This document shows positions 15,877 through 20,000 of a stretch of 20,000 nucleotides of DNA, in pieces. The first letter of the stretch is position 1, and each line of letters starts with the position of its first letter. Origin of the DNA: an uncultured virus (IMG/VR IMGVR_UViG_3300049135_000064) (Duplodnaviria; Heunggongvirae; Uroviricota; Caudoviricetes); IMG/VR virus record IMGVR_UViG_3300049135_000064, one strand, 5' to 3'. The notes under the pieces are model-generated. The model had not been told where the DNA came from. It worked only from the letters and a program-made list of their open reading frames with translations, and made no database searches. The translations under genes were made by a program, and so were the position numbers.

Positions 15877-18800
15877 GTGTCTACGCCACCTCGGGATCTG
15901 CGCGAATGGATGCGGACGGTAGAGCGTAAGCTTGCCGCCGCCTCGCGCTCTGGTAACTCCTCTGTAGCCGCCAAAGCACAGCAGGAGTTCGAGAAAGTCC
16001 GGCAGGAAATACTGGATAAGGCACCGGACGACCGGACTCCGGCCAAGCCTGTAGAACTCACTGTCCAGACTTCACTGGATACCAACGCCAACGGCACACC
16101 CTTCGGGCGGGTATTCATAGACTTCCCGCCCGTCATCTACGCTACCGACGGCACCAACATCGAAATCGAGCAGTACGAACTGTGGGGGCGGCAGGTCACC
16201 CTCTGGGACGGGCAGGGCGCGGGCCCGGCATGGTCGCTGTGGGCATCCTCCGCCAATTCGGAGCTGACGTACGAACCGTTCAAGGTCGGCCTCGACTGGG
16301 AGTTCCGCGTCCGCGCCATGGGCAAGACCACCGTGCTGCCCGGCGAATGGTCCTCCACCCTGTACGTGAACATCGGCGTCGACACCACCCCGCCGCCGAT
16401 CCTGCCCGCCCCGGCGCTGAGCCAGTCGCTCGGCGTCGTCACGCTCGACTGGAACGGACTCGGGGCCACCGGCGGCGGGATGCCCGCCGACTACCGGCAC
16501 ACCGAAATCGCCGTCGGGTCCGTCTCCCCGCCGGACACCGTGATCAACACGCGGCTGCAGGGCGCGGGCTCCGTCCCGTTCGTCGGCCTGCCCTACAACG
16601 TGCCCACCTACTTCCGCATCCGCGCCGTCGACTGGTCGGGCAACAAGTCGCCGTGGTCGGCCGTCTCCGACATCACGGTGCAGCCGCTGGTCTCCGGCGA
16701 CATTTCCGGCCTCGACACCACGCTGGCCGATCAGGTCCAGCGCGCCGAGAACGCCGAGGCCGCCGCCGCCCAGGCGCTGGCCGACGCGCAGGCAGCGCAC
16801 GCCGCCGCCGTCGCCGCGCAGGAAGCCGCCGAAGCCGCCGACGGGCGGGCCGACTCCTCCGAACTGTCCGCCCTGCAGGCAGCCGCCGACGCGGCGGCGG
16901 CACAGTCGGCAGCCTCAGCGGCGCAGGCCGAAGCGGCACAGGCGCAGGCGGACGCGGAAAACGCCCGGCTCGCCGCCGTGCAGGCCGAGGCCGACGCCGC
17001 CCAGTCGCTGTCTGACCTGCAGGCCTACATGGACTACTCCGGCCGGGTGATCCAGTCCGAGACCGAACCCGGCGTCGACGACCAGTCGCCGAACAACCTG
17101 TGGATCAAGCCGTCCACGGGCGAAACGTTCGTCTGGAAAACCGACCCCGACACCGGGGCCTCCTCGTGGGTGGAGGTCGAAAACGCCGACTACGCCGCAG
17201 CCGCCGCCAACGCTGCCGCCGCGCAGAACGCCGCCGAAACCGCCCGCGACGCCGCCACCGCAGCCGAAGCCAACGCCACCGCGTCCGCCGACCGCGCCGC
17301 CGCAGCCGAAGCCTCCGCCGCAACGCTGGAGACGCAGGCCGCGGACTCGCTGGCCGCAGCCCAGGCGGCGCAGGCCGCAGCCGACACCGCGCAGGCAGCG
17401 GCAACAGCGGCGGAAACCCGGGCCACCGAAGCGGAAGCCAACGCCGCCGCCGCGCAGACCTCCGCCGACCAGTCCTACACGGACCTGCAGGCCGCCATCG
17501 GGGCCAGCGCACAGATCGTGCGGCAGGAGCTGCCGCCGGAGGGGGACCTCCAGCGCAACGGGGTGCTGTGGATCAAGGACTCCACCGGGGAATCCTTCAC
17601 GTGGCACGACGTCGAACTCGTGTGGAAGCTGGTCGACAACGTCCGCATCGCGCAGATGGCTTTCGACGCGGACGCCGCAGCGGACGCCGCCGAAGCCTCC
17701 CGGGTGGCAGCCGAGGGGGCGCGCACCGAAGCCGACGCCGCAGCAGCCGAGGCCGCCACGGCGCAGTCCAACGCCGCCGCCGCCCAGACCGCGGCCCAGA
17801 CCGCCGAGTCCCGGGCCGCCGCAGCGGAAGCGGACGCACTGGCCGCGCAGACCGCAGCCGAGACCGCGCAGGCCAACGCCGCCGCAGCCGAGGCCCGCGC
17901 CGTCGACGCCGAAGCCAGCGCCGACCAGTCCCTGGCCAACCTCAACACCTACATCGCCACCGCCGGGCAGATCATCCGGCAGGAAACCGAGCCCACCGGC
18001 GACCTCGCCCGCGCCGGGGTGCTGTGGATCAAGGACTCCACCGGCCAGTCCTTCACCTACGACACGACCGCCGCGATGTGGGTCGAGGTCGAGAACGAGG
18101 TCTACGCCCAGGCCGCCCGCGACGCCGACGCGGCAGCGGACCGGGCCGAAGCGGCGGAAGCGGCAGCGGTGCTCGCGGAGGCGGACGCCGCAGCCGCCCA
18201 GTCAGCGGCCGACACGGCGGCAGCGACCGCAGCAGCCGCCGAATCCGACGCCGCAGCGGCACAGGCGGCAGCCGAAGCGGCGCAGTCCGCGGCCACCACC
18301 GCGCAGAACAACGCCGCCGCATCCCAGACCGCCGCCGAAGCGGCCGAGCAGACCGCCATCGCCGCCGACGCCAAGGCCGACGCCGCCGAGGTGAAGGCGC
18401 TCGAAGCCGCCGGGGTCGCCGCCGGGAAGGGGCAGGTCTGGACGCAGCCGGACACCCCGCCCAACGGCGTCACCTACAGCTGGACCGGCGCGGTCAACGG
18501 CTCGGTCTCCAAGAAGTACGACGCCGACGGGGTCGAGGTCGGAACCAACCTTGCCAAGCGTTCCGACGCGATGATCGGCGTGGCGGGCGGCTGGTTCGCC
18601 GCCGGGACGGGCTTCACCCTCGCCTACGCCGGGTGGCTTTCCAACCGGGGCGCAAGCGTCCTGAAGTTCACCAAGACCGCCCTCTCCGGGGCCGTGTCGG
18701 TGCGCACCCCGACCGCCGACATCATCCGCGACACCCCCGTGACGTTCCAGATGCAGGTCCGCTCCAACGTCGACATCACCGTCCAGCTGCGCGTCCGCAC

Positions 18801-20000
18801 CTACCCCACCGGCAGCCAGACCATCTCGCACGAGTCGACCGCGACCAACGTCACGCTCAAGGCCAAGACCTGGACGTTCATCAGCCGCACCTACACCATC
18901 CCCGCCAGCGCCACCGGCGACCAGATGGGCCTCGTGCTCTGGCACGGCGGCAACGTGCTGTTCCAGATCGAGGTGACCGACCCGATGATCGAGACCGGGT
19001 CCGTGCGCAGCGACCCTTTCAGCGGCTCCCGCCCGGACGACCGGGCCTACGACCTGTGGATCGACACGGACAACGGCAACACCCCGAACCGCTGGAACGG
19101 CACCGGCTGGGCCACGGTCACGGACCAGAACGTCGTGGACTCCGCGAACGCCGCCATTGCCGCCCGGGACGCGGCCGAGGCGGCCGAGGCGGCGGCCGTC
19201 GTCGCGCAGGGCGAAGCCACCGCAGCCAAGGACACCGCAGCCGCCGCGCAGGCCAACGCGCAGACCGCGCAGACCGCCGCGGAAGCGGCCGAAGCCCGCG
19301 CCGCCGCCGCAGAAGCGGACGCCGCCACGGCACAGGCCGCAGCCACCGCCGCCGAGACCCGGGCGACCGAGGCGGAAGCCGCCGCCGCGCAGTCCGCCGA
19401 GGACGCCAATCAGGCGATGAACGACCTGCAGGTCTACATCGGCACCTCCGGCCGCGTGATCTACCAGGAAGCCGAGCCGGCCGAAGCGGACCGGAACGTC
19501 AACAACCTCTGGATCGTGCCCTCGACCGGCAAGTCCTACGTCTGGGACGCGGCCGACCTGATCTGGGAAGAAGTGGTCAATCAGGCGGTGGCCAAGGCGG
19601 CGTCCGACGCCGACGCCGCGGCCGACCGGGCGCTGCTCGCGCAGCAGGCAGCCGAGCAGGCCGAGGCCGACGCCGTCACGGCCCAGCAGGCGGCGACCCT
19701 CGCGCAGCAGAACGCGGACAGCTCGGCCAGCGCCGCAACCACCGCCCAGAACGCCGCAACCGCCGCCGAGCAGCGTGCCACGGATGCCGAGGCAGCCGCC
19801 GCAGCCGCAGCCGCCGACGCGGAGCAGTCGTTCCAGGACCTGCAGGCCGAGGTCGGCAAGTCCGGCAAGATCATCTACCAGGACACCGAACCGACCGGCG
19901 ACGACCGCGACCCCAACAACCTGTGGATCAAGGACTCGACCGGGGACGCGTACGTGTTCGATTCGATCCTCGCCTCGTGGGTGCTGGTCGAATCCACCAC
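15877..20000 (+). CDS. Giant modular tail fibre / receptor-binding protein (>1374 aa, 3'-truncated): 2 FN3-like domains, Ala-rich coiled-coil/knob repeats, CBM-like insert
   Basis: SD GAGGAGG, then GTG at 15877 (MSTPPRDLREWMRTVERK...). The frame has no stop to the window end, which is why it is absent from the ORF track. FN3 motifs WEFRVRAM..GEWS and YFRIRAVDWSGNKSPWS. Six LWI knob repeats. Confidence 0.9.
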   Translation, partial: MSTPPRDLREWMRTVERKLAAASRSGNSSVAAKAQQEFEKVRQEILDKAPDDRTPAKPVELTVQTSLDTNANGTPFGRVFIDFPPVIYATDGTNIEIEQYELWGRQVTLWDGQGAGPAWSLWASSANSELTYEPFKVGLDWEFRVRAMGKTTVLPGEWSSTLYVNIGVDTTPPPILPAPALSQSLGVVTLDWNGLGATGGGMPADYRHTEIAVGSVSPPDTVINTRLQGAGSVPFVGLPYNVPTYFRIRAVDWSGNKSPWSAVSDITVQPLVSGDISGLDTTLADQVQRAENAEAAAAQALADAQAAHAAAVAAQEAAEAADGRADSSELSALQAAADAAAAQSAASAAQAEAAQAQADAENARLAAVQAEADAAQSLSDLQAYMDYSGRVIQSETEPGVDDQSPNNLWIKPSTGETFVWKTDPDTGASSWVEVENADYAAAAANAAAAQNAAETARDAATAAEANATASADRAAAAEASAATLETQAADSLAAAQAAQAAADTAQAAATAAETRATEAEANAAAAQTSADQSYTDLQAAIGASAQIVRQELPPEGDLQRNGVLWIKDSTGESFTWHDVELVWKLVDNVRIAQMAFDADAAADAAEASRVAAEGARTEADAAAAEAATAQSNAAAAQTAAQTAESRAAAAEADALAAQTAAETAQANAAAAEARAVDAEASADQSLANLNTYIATAGQIIRQETEPTGDLARAGVLWIKDSTGQSFTYDTTAAMWVEVENEVYAQAARDADAAADRAEAAEAAAVLAEADAAAAQSAADTAAATAAAAESDAAAAQAAAEAAQSAATTAQNNAAASQTAAEAAEQTAIAADAKADAAEVKALEAAGVAAGKGQVWTQPDTPPNGVTYSWTGAVNGSVSKKYDADGVEVGTNLAKRSDAMIGVAGGWFAAGTGFTLAYAGWLSNRGASVLKFTKTALSGAVSVRTPTADIIRDTPVTFQMQVRSNVDITVQLRVRTYPTGSQTISHESTATNVTLKAKTWTFISRTYTIPASATGDQMGLVLWHGGNVLFQIEVTDPMIETGSVRSDPFSGSRPDDRAYDLWIDTDNGNTPNRWNGTGWATVTDQNVVDSANAAIAARDAAEAAEAAAVVAQGEATAAKDTAAAAQANAQTAQTAAEAAEARAAAAEADAATAQAAATAAETRATEAEAAAAQSAEDANQAMNDLQVYIGTSGRVIYQEAEPAEADRNVNNLWIVPSTGKSYVWDAADLIWEEVVNQAVAKAASDADAAADRALLAQQAAEQAEADAVTAQQAATLAQQNADSSASAATTAQNAATAAEQRATDAEAAAAAAAADAEQSFQDLQAEVGKSGKIIYQDTEPTGDDRDPNNLWIKDSTGDAYVFDSILASWVLVEST
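17559..18044 (+). repeat. 30-bp exact direct repeat in fibre knobs 2 and 3
   Basis: CGGGGTGCTGTGGATCAAGGACTCCACCGG at 17559-17588 and 18015-18044, with a partial third copy at 19921. Confidence 0.85.

Larger units (their letters stand above)
1..20000 (+). mobile_element. Actinobacteriophage (siphovirus) virion structural and lysis gene region; phage or prophage
   Basis: Co-oriented, tightly packed genes in canonical head-tail order (protease, capsid, major tail, connectors, chaperone, tape measure, minor tails). High GC with actinobacterial codon bias. No host genes seen. Confidence 0.96.

Noticed and set aside
16740..19830. Repetitive GCCGCC/GCAGCC DNA as a possible CRISPR array or diversity-generating retroelement repeats
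   Set aside because: No constant repeat with unique spacers, no adenine-specific mismatch pattern and no reverse transcriptase. The repeats simply encode Ala-rich coiled coils.
1..20000. tRNA, rRNA, integrase/att site, IS element or intron
   Set aside because: No such motifs seen. All intergenic gaps are short and accounted for.

Overview
The whole window is the virion structure and assembly operon of a high-GC actinobacteriophage (siphovirus type). The host is probably non-mycolata, such as Arthrobacter or Microbacterium; this is inferred from GC content, gene types and a lysis cassette with no lysin B. All real genes are on the + strand. In order: 3' end of the capsid maturation protease, a 47-aa CxxC microprotein, a SigA-type promoter with a structured leader, separate major capsid 'hexamer' and 'pentamer' genes, an accessory protein, and a major tail protein with a PKD domain. 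An embedded lysis cassette follows (49-aa ORF, amidase endolysin, 2-TM holin-like protein), then head-tail connector genes, a tail assembly chaperone with a -1 frameshift partner, a 1558-aa tape measure protein and two minor tail proteins. The last gene is a very large fibre protein (>1370 aa, runs off the window, missing from the ORF track) built from repeated Ala-rich coiled-coil and beta-knob modules. The most notable non-coding signals are an identical palindromic 17-mer (GGATGTACATACATCCG) at both ends of the tape measure gene, an RBS-sequestering leader on the capsid gene, and low-GC patches at module junctions.
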